A stretch of 49,997 nucleotides of DNA from Minisyncoccota bacterium (lineage in GTDB: Bacteria > Patescibacteriota > Minisyncoccia > Phycocordibacterales > UBA9973), in contig DALYDX010000002.1 in NCBI GenBank assembly GCA_031972835.1, positions 1 to 49,997 on the forward strand, read 5' to 3'. The notes under the pieces were generated by a model. That model saw only the letters and a list, made by a program, of their open reading frames with translations. It did no database searches and was not told the origin of the DNA. Both the position numbers and the translations under genes were made by a program. Every line of letters begins with the position of its first letter. Position 1 is the stretch's first letter. Positions 41,810 to 49,997 of this stretch are shown here, in pieces.

Positions 41810-42193
41810 TTATGCTAATTTAAGAACTTTTTTGACTCTCATGTCGTATGAATAGAAGTCTTCATGTCCAATTCTTGACTCCAAGAAAAAGCTCAGTCTT
41901 TGCCAATAATCAGATACTTTTCCGTCGATATCTCCATTTTCTAGATATGCTAGCAAACTATCCAAACAATTCTTTCTTTGCTCGAGACTTATATCTGGCC
42001 ATCCCTGGTCTTTCGAAAATTTGCGTTTCAGATCTATGTATTTAATAAATTCATTATCGGCAGCTTCTGCCAACACACGCTTTCTTTTTAATTTCTTGAT
42101 TTTTGCAATACTTCCCTTTGTATATTGATACAATACGAGAAAAATTATAATTCCTGGTATTACATCTATAATAATGAAATCTGGTAAATGCAT
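41810..42193 (-). CDS. hypothetical membrane-anchored protein (127 aa)
   Basis: N-terminal TM helix FIIIDVIPGIIIFLVLY. A terminator hairpin at about 41775-41800 follows. Confidence 0.45.
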   Translation of the reverse strand: MHLPDFIIIDVIPGIIIFLVLYQYTKGSIAKIKKLKRKRVLAEAADNEFIKYIDLKRKFSKDQGWPDISLEQRKNCLDSLLAYLENGDIDGKVSDYWQRLSFFLESRIGHEDFYSYDMRVKKVLKLA

Positions 42194-42239
42194 AAGTAAC
42201 TTTTTTTACTTTTTACCATACCAAGTACTTTTTAGCAAA

Positions 42240-43100
42240 TTAGACCCTTCTGATCTCTCCCATCTCTTCTTTTATCAAACCTTTTATTTCAAGTACCGAG
42301 AGCAGTGCATTTGTTTCAGATATAGGTCTTGCTAGTGCACGAACAAGCTCGTCGCGTGGAATTGGTTCTCGGATTAGATCTAGTATTGAACGCTCTTCAT
42401 CTGAACAATCAGACAAGTCACGATCTACCGCCTTGTTTTCATCAGATGTGAATCCTAAGGCCTCGAGCAATTCCTTTGGGTTTGTAATTGGTGTTGCACC
42501 AAGTCTCAAAAGTGAATTTGTACCTTTAGACATTTGTGAAAATATAGAGCCCGGTATGACAAGTACGTCTCTATTGTATTCGGTGGCAAGCCTAGCTGTG
42601 ATACGAGTACCGGATTTGTCTTCAGCTTCTATTATAAGTACTGCGCGGGCAATACCTGCCATAAGACGGTTGCGACGAGGGAAGGTCCACATAGCAGCTG
42701 GTTGTTCAGGTTCAAGTTCTGAAAGTAGACAACCACCATGTTCTATTATTGTATCTGCCAGATTGCGATTGCTCGATGGATAGAGAAATTTGTTAGATAG
42801 ACCTGATCCCGGGAAGGCAACTGTCTTGAGTCCTGCCTTCATAGCAGATTTATGTGCGATGGTATCTATACCAAGCGCTAGACCAGACACTATTACAATA
42901 GGATAGCCTTGCATACCCGCTATGAGCATCTCGCATGCATCACGTCCGTAGGTAGTATATTTGCGCGATCCAACAATTGTGAGATATATAGATCCTGTTG
43001 GAGGTAGGGAGCCTCTTATATATAGAGTCTTTGGAGGTTCAGGAATTTCCGTGAGTCCGATTGGAAAATCTCTGGCTTCAATTTTTTTGATACTATCCAT
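42240..43100 (-). CDS. dprA: DNA-processing protein DprA
   Basis: Rossmann-like DprA core (IVGSRKYTTYG, SGLALGIDTIAHKSA) and a C-terminal winged-helix-like tail. Confidence 0.88.
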   Translation of the reverse strand: MDSIKKIEARDFPIGLTEIPEPPKTLYIRGSLPPTGSIYLTIVGSRKYTTYGRDACEMLIAGMQGYPIVIVSGLALGIDTIAHKSAMKAGLKTVAFPGSGLSNKFLYPSSNRNLADTIIEHGGCLLSELEPEQPAAMWTFPRRNRLMAGIARAVLIIEAEDKSGTRITARLATEYNRDVLVIPGSIFSQMSKGTNSLLRLGATPITNPKELLEALGFTSDENKAVDRDLSDCSDEERSILDLIREPIPRDELVRALARPISETNALLSVLEIKGLIKEEMGEIRRV

Positions 43101-43153
43101 AATGTTTACTTCGATGAGTTTTTTTTATACAATCAGACAAAAGTATAAAACAA

Positions 43154-43465
43154 ATGGTAAGGAAAATAAACATCACTCCTTTGCCAAAAAAGAAATTGGA
43201 AAGGATAAATGGTGGCGATGTTGTAGATTTTGTAGAAAAAGAGGGCTGGGTTGGTTTTTGTATCTTTGTAGAATTTGAGGATGGAAGAATTATAGATAAA
43301 AAGACTTCAGTTCCACTCAATTCTGAGACAGAGCTTACTCCAGCTTATTATTTTACGGTAGGTATAGAAGTACTCGCTTCTGTGCTCGGCGCTGAATACA
43401 ATTTTATTCATCAAAAAAAAGACTTTACAAAGTCTGGTAATATCCACGAAAATTATGAGAATTAA
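43154..43465 (+). CDS. hypothetical protein (103 aa)
   Basis: ORF followed by a terminator. Confidence 0.4.
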   Translation: MVRKINITPLPKKKLERINGGDVVDFVEKEGWVGFCIFVEFEDGRIIDKKTSVPLNSETELTPAYYFTVGIEVLASVLGAEYNFIHQKKDFTKSGNIHENYEN

Positions 43466-43488
43466 AGCTCCAAGCCCGGGAGCTTTTT
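43464..43488 (+). terminator. intrinsic terminator
   Basis: AAAGCTCC-aagcccg-GGAGCTTT followed by a T-run. Confidence 0.7.
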
Positions 43489-43503
43489 TATTTTGAAACA
43501 TTT

Positions 43504-43512
43504 TGCTATAGT
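43504..43512 (+). promoter_or_regulatory. extended -10 (TGC TATAGT) ending 6 nt before the ATG at 43519; leaderless architecture
   Basis: The sequence reads tgcTATAGTttgagaATG. Confidence 0.5.
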
Positions 43513-43518
43513 TTGAGA

Positions 43519-44835
43519 ATGCTAGATATAAAATTCATCCGAGAAAATAAAGATATAGTAAAAAGTGCAATACAAAAGAAACATGCTGATGTTGATGTAG
43601 ACGGCCTACTTCTACTTGATGAAAAAAGACTTGAACTTTCAAAAATATGTGAAGGATTGCGTGCTGAACAAAATACAGCTTCAAAACATATTGCTATTGA
43701 GCGTGATGAAGCCAAGCGAAATCAGATGATTGCTGAGATGAAGATAATCAAAGATGATTTTGAGAAACAAGAAGCTGAACTTCGAGAGGTTATGGATGCT
43801 TGGCAAAAGACAATGTTGAAGATTCCAAATATACCATCTGTAGATACCCCAGAAGGCGAAGATGATGGCGGTAATCTTGTAATAAGAGAGTGGGGAGAGA
43901 AGCCGGTCTTTTCTTTCACTCCAAAAGAACACTTTGAAATAGGAAAAGCACTAGGGATTATAGATACTGAGACCGCAACAGAAGTTGCTTCTTCTAGGTT
44001 TGCATACTTGAAAGGAGATTTAGTTTTGATGCAGTTTGCATTGATACAGATGTGTCTGGAAATTCTTACAAACAAAGAAACTTTAGAAAATATTGCAAAA
44101 TCTTCGGGTGTGTCGATCGATGTCAGTGCATTTACCCCGGTGATACCTCCAGTATTTGTGAGACCTGTTGTTCAGGCAAAGATGGCGCGTTTTATGGGCG
44201 CAGAAAATCATTATATGTTTCCAGAAGATGATCTTATGCTCGTAGGTTCTGCAGAACATACTCTCGGTAGTATGTATATGGACAAGATAATAGACGAGGC
44301 AGATCTTCCGATTCGTCTTGCTGGATACTCAACAGCATTTAGACGTGAGGCTGGAACATATGGTAAAGATACAAATGGAATATTACGTCAGCATCAATTC
44401 GACAAATTGGAGATGGAGATTTTCTCGCTACCAGAAAACTCTATGCAAGAACAGAATTTTTTGGTTGCAATCCAAGAACATATTTTACAAAAGCTAAATA
44501 TTCCTTATCAGGTACTTGCAGTATGTTCAGGGGATATGGGATTTCCAGATTATCGACAGATGGATATAAATTCTTGGATGCCTGGACAGGATAAATATCG
44601 AGAAACTCATAGTGCAGACCTAACAGGAAATTTTCAAGCAAGAAGATTAAACACTAGAGTAAGACGTGCCGATGGAAAGATAGAACCAGTACATATGAAC
44701 GATGCTACAGCGGTTGCTGTTGGGCGAACACTTATCGCTATTATAGAAAACTATCAGCAAGAGGATGGAACTATAAAAATTCCCGAAGTTTTGAAACCTT
44801 ACATAGGAGGTAGAGAGTTTATTGGAAAGAAATAA
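43519..44835 (+). CDS. serS: serine--tRNA ligase
   Basis: Starts MLDIKFIREN, as SerRS typically does. It has an N-terminal coiled coil and the motif 2 segment FRREAGTYGKDTNGILRQHQFDKLE. The track starts 6 nt upstream at a TTG. Confidence 0.95.
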   Translation: MLDIKFIRENKDIVKSAIQKKHADVDVDGLLLLDEKRLELSKICEGLRAEQNTASKHIAIERDEAKRNQMIAEMKIIKDDFEKQEAELREVMDAWQKTMLKIPNIPSVDTPEGEDDGGNLVIREWGEKPVFSFTPKEHFEIGKALGIIDTETATEVASSRFAYLKGDLVLMQFALIQMCLEILTNKETLENIAKSSGVSIDVSAFTPVIPPVFVRPVVQAKMARFMGAENHYMFPEDDLMLVGSAEHTLGSMYMDKIIDEADLPIRLAGYSTAFRREAGTYGKDTNGILRQHQFDKLEMEIFSLPENSMQEQNFLVAIQEHILQKLNIPYQVLAVCSGDMGFPDYRQMDINSWMPGQDKYRETHSADLTGNFQARRLNTRVRRADGKIEPVHMNDATAVAVGRTLIAIIENYQQEDGTIKIPEVLKPYIGGREFIGKK

Positions 44836-44846
44836 ATTGTTTTTTC

Positions 44847-45740
44847 ATGGACAATAAAAGAGTCGTATTGAAACCGTCTCATATAGCAATACGTGAACGG
44901 AAAGCCAGAAGACGCCGTTCGTATTTTTTTATTGCCAGCATACTTATATTTTTAGGTATTTTGTCTTTTCTTTCACATCTGCGTTCCATAAATATTTCAA
45001 ATGTGATAGTAGAAGGCAATCGTATAAGTAGTGTCCGAGATATAACCAAGTCTGTGAATAGTACTGTGGATGGAAATTATTTATTTATATTCTCTAAATC
45101 AAATATTTTTATATTCTCTAAATCAAATATAGAGAAGAGTCTGCTTTCCGAATACCCTCGACTAGAATCAGTTTCAGTATCAAGACTTGGATTCAATGGT
45201 ATAAAAGTGGATATAAAAGAACGTGAAGGTCAGTATCTGTGGTGTGGTTATTTGGACGAAGAGAATAACATAGACCCAGAATCAACATGTTATTTTGTAG
45301 ACCAGGAAGGCTATATATTTGGTACATCGCCATATTTTTCTGGTAATGCATATTTCAAATTTTATGGATCTGAAACTATAAATCGTACACTTAATCCAGT
45401 GGGTCAGAATGTGACAGAGAAGGCCAGGTTTATTGAGCTTATGCGTGTGGTTTATGGATTGGAAAGACTGGATATAATTCCTGAGTCTATAAAAATACAG
45501 GACAACGGAGAATACAATATAGTCTTGGCAAAGATAGACAACAATCAATCAACTAAAACATTTATTATTTTTTCACGAGAAAATAACCTAGAGGAATCTT
45601 TGGAAAATTTCCGCGTTGCTCTCTCATCTGTTGACTTTAAAAGACAGTTTGACGAAGAGCGTTCAAACTTGTTATATATAGACCTGAGATTTAAAGATAA
45701 AGTCTACTATAAATTTAGACCTAAAACAGCAACTTTTTAA
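44847..45740 (+). CDS. FtsQ/DivIB-like cell division protein (TM plus POTRA)
   Basis: N-terminal TM helix, then a POTRA-like segment INISNVIVEGNRISSVRDI. The size and architecture fit FtsQ. Confidence 0.6.
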   Translation: MDNKRVVLKPSHIAIRERKARRRRSYFFIASILIFLGILSFLSHLRSINISNVIVEGNRISSVRDITKSVNSTVDGNYLFIFSKSNIFIFSKSNIEKSLLSEYPRLESVSVSRLGFNGIKVDIKEREGQYLWCGYLDEENNIDPESTCYFVDQEGYIFGTSPYFSGNAYFKFYGSETINRTLNPVGQNVTEKARFIELMRVVYGLERLDIIPESIKIQDNGEYNIVLAKIDNNQSTKTFIIFSRENNLEESLENFRVALSSVDFKRQFDEERSNLLYIDLRFKDKVYYKFRPKTATF

Positions 45741-45741
45741 A

Positions 45742-46770
45742 ATGAAAAATAAAGATAAAAGTAAAAGTGAGAATTTTTGGCGTGACTTACCTCGTCCGTT
45801 TTTTTGTCTTGCGCCTATGGCAGATGTGACCGATGCTGCGTTTCGAGATATTATAGCCAAATATTCTAGGCATGGAGAGTCCGGCGGGGGGCCTGATGTT
45901 TTTTGGACTGAGTTTGTTTCAGCTGACGGGCTTATGAGTGAAGGCAGGGAAGTTTTGAAAGTTGATTTTCAATATAGTGAGCGTGAACATCCAATCGTGG
46001 CGCAAATCTTCGGATCAAATCTCGAAAATATGCGCGGTGCGGCAAAGCTCTGTGCTGATCTAGGTTTTGATGGAGTAGATATAAATATGGGTTGTCCAGA
46101 TAAATCGATCGAAAAGCAAGGAGCAGGAGCGGGTCATATGAAAGATCCAGATCATGCAGTGCTTGTGATCAGGGCTGTAAAAGAAGGCATTAAAGATAGC
46201 GGTAGAAATATTCCAGTGTCCGTAAAAACTAGAATTGGTTATAACAAGAATAGTATAAATGAATGGATACCAAAACTTTTAGGTGAGGGTTTGGGAGCTT
46301 TGACGATTCACGCACGAACCAGAAAAGAGATGTCTCTAGTTCCTGCACGATGGGAACATGTGCGTGAAGTTGTAGAGATCAGAGATAGGATGGGTGTCGA
46401 TACTCTAATCATAGGCAATGGAGATCTGAAAGATCTAGATGATGCCAGAGAAAAGGTTGGTACCTCACACGCTGACGGAGCAATGCTCGGACGTGCGATA
46501 TTTGGTAACCCTTGGCTTTTTGATTTAAATAAAAAATCTGTAAGTCTAGAAGAAAAATTACATGTCATGATGGAGCATACTGAGCTTTTTGAGCGTGAAC
46601 TTGGTGGGGTAAAGAATTTTGCAATTATGAAGAAACATTACAAAGCTTATGTAAATGGTTTTGATGGTGCAAAAGAGCTTAGGGTGAAACTTATGGATGA
46701 AGCAAAGGATGCGAGCATGGTGAAAGAGATTGTGGAAAACTTCCTTGCGGAGCATACAAATCTGCTATAA
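45742..46770 (+). CDS. dus: tRNA-dihydrouridine synthase
   Basis: Contains LAPMADVTDAAFR and GVDINMGCP, and looks like a TIM-barrel Dus. Confidence 0.9.
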   Translation: MKNKDKSKSENFWRDLPRPFFCLAPMADVTDAAFRDIIAKYSRHGESGGGPDVFWTEFVSADGLMSEGREVLKVDFQYSEREHPIVAQIFGSNLENMRGAAKLCADLGFDGVDINMGCPDKSIEKQGAGAGHMKDPDHAVLVIRAVKEGIKDSGRNIPVSVKTRIGYNKNSINEWIPKLLGEGLGALTIHARTRKEMSLVPARWEHVREVVEIRDRMGVDTLIIGNGDLKDLDDAREKVGTSHADGAMLGRAIFGNPWLFDLNKKSVSLEEKLHVMMEHTELFERELGGVKNFAIMKKHYKAYVNGFDGAKELRVKLMDEAKDASMVKEIVENFLAEHTNLL

Positions 46771-46833
46771 TAGTACCAATGTGCTATAAGATTTATCAAA
46801 AATGTTTTTGTCGACCGTTTTTGATTTTTCGCA

Positions 46834-46866
46834 AAAATACCTCCCAGTAACATGGGAGGTATTTTT
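46834..46866 (+). terminator. intrinsic terminator after dus
   Basis: AAAATACCTCCC-agtaacat-GGGAGGTATTTT. Confidence 0.75.
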
Positions 46867-46893
46867 GTATTATAAATATTAGAAGAAATAAAT

Positions 46894-47730
46894 ATGATGA
46901 AAAGTCACAATGGTATAGAAGATACCAAAAGTTTTAGTACGGTCGTAAATAGTTTGCGGTCGTTTTTTATAAGCAGAGGATTTTTGGAAGTGCATACACA
47001 AGACAGGCTTTCGATACTGGCTGCTTGTGAAGATCCAAGTACGGTCGCCGTTTACAATTATCTGGGAGATGTGTGGCCATTGCCACAAACAGGTCAAATG
47101 TGGCTCGAATATGAATTGTTGAAGAACCCCGAAGCTCCGGGGTATTTTTGTGTCTCAACTAGTTATCGCAATGAACAAAATCCAGTAGAAGGTAGGCACA
47201 AGTTTATTTTCCCGATGTTTGAATTTGAATCAAAAGGTAACATCTCTGACTTAATAAAATTGGAACGCGACCTCCTGGAGCATTTAGGATTTGCAAAAGA
47301 TAAATTTATCGAAAAAGATTATGACGAATTAGCGAAATATTACAAAGTAGATGATCTTTCATGGAAAGAAGAAGGAAAGATGTATGAGGAATTTACACCG
47401 ACGTTGTTCTTGAAAAGTTTCCCTGAACGGACTTCACCCTTTTGGAATATGAAAAAGAAGGGGGAGTATGCAGAAAAAATAGATTGTATTATCGCTGGGC
47501 ACGAGACGATAGGCTCAGCTGAGCGTAGTACAGATGTAGCAGAGATGCGAAAACAATTTCATACAATTAGTGAAGGTGGATATGCAGATAAGTTATATGA
47601 GCTTTTTGGAGAAAGCAGGGTAGAGAAAGAACTTGAAGAATTCCTCTCCTTTGAATTCTTCCCTAGGTTCGGTGGTGGAATCGGTATAGGTAGACTCATA
47701 GACGGGATGAAAAAAGAAGGATTGATTTAA
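46894..47730 (+). CDS. stand-alone class II aaRS catalytic core (AsnRS/AspRS-like; archaeal-type asparagine synthetase A-like)
   Basis: Motif 1-like LRSFFISRGFLEVHT, motif 2-like STSYRNE and motif 3 GGGIGIGRL. It is only 278 aa and has no anticodon-binding domain. Confidence 0.6.
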   Translation: MMKSHNGIEDTKSFSTVVNSLRSFFISRGFLEVHTQDRLSILAACEDPSTVAVYNYLGDVWPLPQTGQMWLEYELLKNPEAPGYFCVSTSYRNEQNPVEGRHKFIFPMFEFESKGNISDLIKLERDLLEHLGFAKDKFIEKDYDELAKYYKVDDLSWKEEGKMYEEFTPTLFLKSFPERTSPFWNMKKKGEYAEKIDCIIAGHETIGSAERSTDVAEMRKQFHTISEGGYADKLYELFGESRVEKELEEFLSFEFFPRFGGGIGIGRLIDGMKKEGLI

Positions 47731-47795
47731 ATTATCTATATCCATAGAAAGGCTCGAGATACACCCTTGGGCCTTTTGGTTTGCCAGAATATGAG

Positions 47796-47804
47796 TGCTA
47801 TAAT
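47796..47804 (+). promoter_or_regulatory. extended -10 (TGC TATAAT) ending 6 nt before the ATG at 47811; leaderless architecture
   Basis: The sequence reads tgcTATAATctgccaATG, with TTGGTT 17 nt upstream as the -35. Confidence 0.5.
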
Positions 47805-47810
47805 CTGCCA

Positions 47811-48848
47811 ATGACAAACGAGCACACATCACTATATCGTAAGTACAGACCCGAGTCCTTCAAAGATGTGGTTGGACAAGACCATATAGTAAAAGTCTTG
47901 GAGTCTAGTATAAAAGATGGTCGCGTTGCACATGCATATCTATTTTCAGGTTCACGCGGCACCGGCAAGACTTCTATTGCTCGTCTTATGGCAAGCTCAC
48001 TTGGTATAAGTGACAAAGATTTGTACGAGATAGACGCAGCTAGCAACAACAAAGTCGAAGATGTCCGAGAAATCCGCGAAGGTGTCAGCACTCTACCTTT
48101 TGATTCAAAATACAAAATGTATATTTTGGATGAAGTACACATGCTCTCAAAGGGTGCGTTCAATGCGCTACTAAAAACTCTCGAAGAACCACCAGCACAT
48201 GTGATATTTATTCTCGCGACAACAGAGCTCGACAAAGTCCCAGAGACTATCGTTTCACGATGTCAGACTTTTAGTTTCAAAAAACCAAACGAGATTCTGC
48301 TTGCCAGCGTGGTTAAAGACGTAGTTAAAAAAGAGGGATATGTAATATCAGAAGATAGTATTGAGTTGATCGCAATCTTAGGAGAAGGATCTTTCAGGGA
48401 TACATTGGGAATTTTACAGAAAGTTTTATCTTCATCAAAAGACAAGAAAATAAGTTCTGAAGATATCGAGTCCATAACAGGAGCTCCTAGTTCGACCTTG
48501 GTCAATGATTTTTTGTCTGCTTTAGCTGAAAAGAATATAGCTAGCGGGATTGCCGTATTGTCTGTTCTAAACGAGCGCAATATAGACACTAGATTGTATT
48601 TGAATCTTGTTTTGATAAAATTGCGGTATGCGCTAATGCTTAGGTATGCCCCTGACATGAAGTCTTATATAGGAGAACATATCAGTACTAAAGATCTAGA
48701 TTTCTTGGAGGATTTAGTTTCTAGAAAACCAGATACTATAACTTCACGTACACTAGAAATACTATTAGATACTTATCAGAAGTTGCGCAGTACAGTGATA
48801 CCTAGTTTGCCTATAGAGATCGCTTTGATTGATATATGTGATAGATAG
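47811..48848 (+). CDS. dnaX: DNA polymerase III subunit gamma/tau (short form)
   Basis: Starts with ...LYRKYRP. It has Walker A GSRGTGKTS, DEVHMLS and SRCQ. The track starts at TTG 47781. Confidence 0.9.
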   Translation: MTNEHTSLYRKYRPESFKDVVGQDHIVKVLESSIKDGRVAHAYLFSGSRGTGKTSIARLMASSLGISDKDLYEIDAASNNKVEDVREIREGVSTLPFDSKYKMYILDEVHMLSKGAFNALLKTLEEPPAHVIFILATTELDKVPETIVSRCQTFSFKKPNEILLASVVKDVVKKEGYVISEDSIELIAILGEGSFRDTLGILQKVLSSSKDKKISSEDIESITGAPSSTLVNDFLSALAEKNIASGIAVLSVLNERNIDTRLYLNLVLIKLRYALMLRYAPDMKSYIGEHISTKDLDFLEDLVSRKPDTITSRTLEILLDTYQKLRSTVIPSLPIEIALIDICDR

Positions 48849-48851
48849 TAT

Positions 48852-49817
48852 ATGAATTTTAATAAACATAAAAAAAGCATATTGATTGGCCTAGTCGCTT
48901 TTATAATTGGTGGATTGTGCGTATATTTTTTACACAATAACCATGTGGTAAATTTTTCTGAGGAAAGGTTTGATGATGATTACGAGTTCATCTCACCACT
49001 TTTGGAATGTGACAGTTTCGAGTCAAAGGAGTTAGCTTCATTCGATGAAAAGATACATAACCTTACAGATACTCTTATGCAGAATGGAACAGTAGAAGAT
49101 ATATCGTACTACTTTAGGGATCTAAATAACGGTGTTTGGGTTGGGGTCAATGAAAATGACAAATTCTCTCCTGCATCTTTGATGAAGTTACCGCTTATGA
49201 TTTCATATCTAAAAGAAGCAGAGTCTAATCCTAGTATAATAGAAAAAACATATGCCTTTACCAAGGAAGATGACAATTACAGCAAGCAAAATATAAAACC
49301 TGAAGAGTTGATGGAGATAGGTAATTCATACACAGTACAAGAGCTTATCAATAGGATGATTCAGTACTCTGACAACTCAGCACTACGAATTTTGTTTAAA
49401 AATAGTACAAGTTTTGGCTACAAAGTTTTCGACGACCTAGGTATTGAGTTGCCAGCAAATGACAATGAAGAGAACTTTATGGATGTAAGAACATACTCTC
49501 GATTTTTCCGTATTCTATACAATGGATCATATCTCAATTTTGCAAATTCTGACGTAGCTCTGCAAATACTTTCTATGACACAGTACAAGGACGGTATTGT
49601 TGCAGGTGTACCTGAGGGTACAGTTGTGTCGCACAAGTTCGGTGAAAGAAAAATAGGGGAGGAAGAACAACTTCATGACTGTGGTATTGTGTATTACCCA
49701 GAGAGTCCATACGTTTTGTGTATTATGACTAGAGGTAAAGATCTGGACAAGATGTCCAGTGCAGTGGAAGAGCTTTCTAGGTTTACGTATAAGGAGGTTA
49801 GTAAAAATTTTAAATAG
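48852..49817 (+). CDS. membrane-anchored serine hydrolase (class A beta-lactamase / PBP-like)
   Basis: N-terminal TM helix. SxxK (ASLMK), SDN (YSDNSA) and a KTG-like HKFG occur in the correct order and spacing. Confidence 0.7.
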   Translation: MNFNKHKKSILIGLVAFIIGGLCVYFLHNNHVVNFSEERFDDDYEFISPLLECDSFESKELASFDEKIHNLTDTLMQNGTVEDISYYFRDLNNGVWVGVNENDKFSPASLMKLPLMISYLKEAESNPSIIEKTYAFTKEDDNYSKQNIKPEELMEIGNSYTVQELINRMIQYSDNSALRILFKNSTSFGYKVFDDLGIELPANDNEENFMDVRTYSRFFRILYNGSYLNFANSDVALQILSMTQYKDGIVAGVPEGTVVSHKFGERKIGEEEQLHDCGIVYYPESPYVLCIMTRGKDLDKMSSAVEELSRFTYKEVSKNFK

Positions 49818-49828
49818 TTTAGAAAAAG

Positions 49829-49859
49829 AAAAAATAGAGATTATTAATCTCTATTTTTT
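49829..49859. terminator. bidirectional intrinsic terminator
   Basis: AAAAATAGAGA-ttattaa-TCTCTATTTTT. Confidence 0.7.
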
Positions 49860-49997
49860 CTTTTTCTTTAAAATCAATTCGCTCTTTTGTTCGCGAGTTA
49901 GCCTTTTTAGTTCTGCTTCACGAGCGCGGACTTTTGCGTAAGTTTTAAATTTCTCAGAATATTTCAAAACCACAGGTCTACGAATCTTTGTATAGTG
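49851..49997 (-). CDS. GIY-YIG nuclease family protein, C-terminal fragment (5' end outside the window)
   Basis: Own reverse translation: HYTKIRRPVVLKYSEKFKTYAKVRAREAELKRLTREQKSELILKKKKK. This matches the YT..RRPV.L.Y.E.F....A..RE..LK....K..LI tail of small GIY-YIG (UPF0213-like) proteins. Confidence 0.5.
   Translation of the reverse strand, partial: HYTKIRRPVVLKYSEKFKTYAKVRAREAELKRLTREQKSELILKKKKK

Noticed and set aside
1-49997. Alternative genetic code (UGA recoded, as in Gracilibacteria/SR1).
   Set aside because: All long conserved genes are uninterrupted under the standard code. TGA appears as a terminal stop in at least one ORF (33283-33612).

Overview
Low-GC window (by eye about 35-40% G+C), densely packed with small genes. 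The content looks like a reduced-genome Patescibacteria/CPR (Parcubacteria-like) bacterium; that assignment is an inference from gene content, not a database hit. The standard genetic code fits, since long ORFs are intact. Most of the window is housekeeping: fmt-def-hisS-lepB, pth, rlmB, rpsA, gyrA, infB-rbfA, clpB, miaA, parB, rel, topA, dprA, serS, dus, dnaX. There are 7 tRNA genes and an rpmG gene (51 aa) that the ORF track misses. No rRNA and no CRISPR array. Accessory or unusual content: (1) a family of about 92-nt three-helix hairpin modules with compensatory base changes between copies, including two about 280-bp two-module composites in inverted orientation about 31 kb apart; (2) tRNA-Tyr and tRNA-Leu(CAA) flanked by repeats built from their own ends; (3) an orphan solute-binding protein followed by five tandem TrbC/VirB2-like (T4SS-pilin-like) two-TM paralogs; (4) a slightly GC-richer three-gene cassette (lipoprotein, SPFH-like, small TM protein); (5) a tRNA-Trp-adjacent patch with a large serine recombinase and orphan cargo; (6) a promoter-to-terminator unit of about 250 nt that is either a structured ncRNA or a 49-aa membrane peptide gene; (7) widespread leaderless-mRNA promoter architecture. 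CDS coordinates follow the ORF track except where a start is revised. Hand-counted coordinates (tRNAs, repeats, promoters, terminators) may be off by 1-2 nt.
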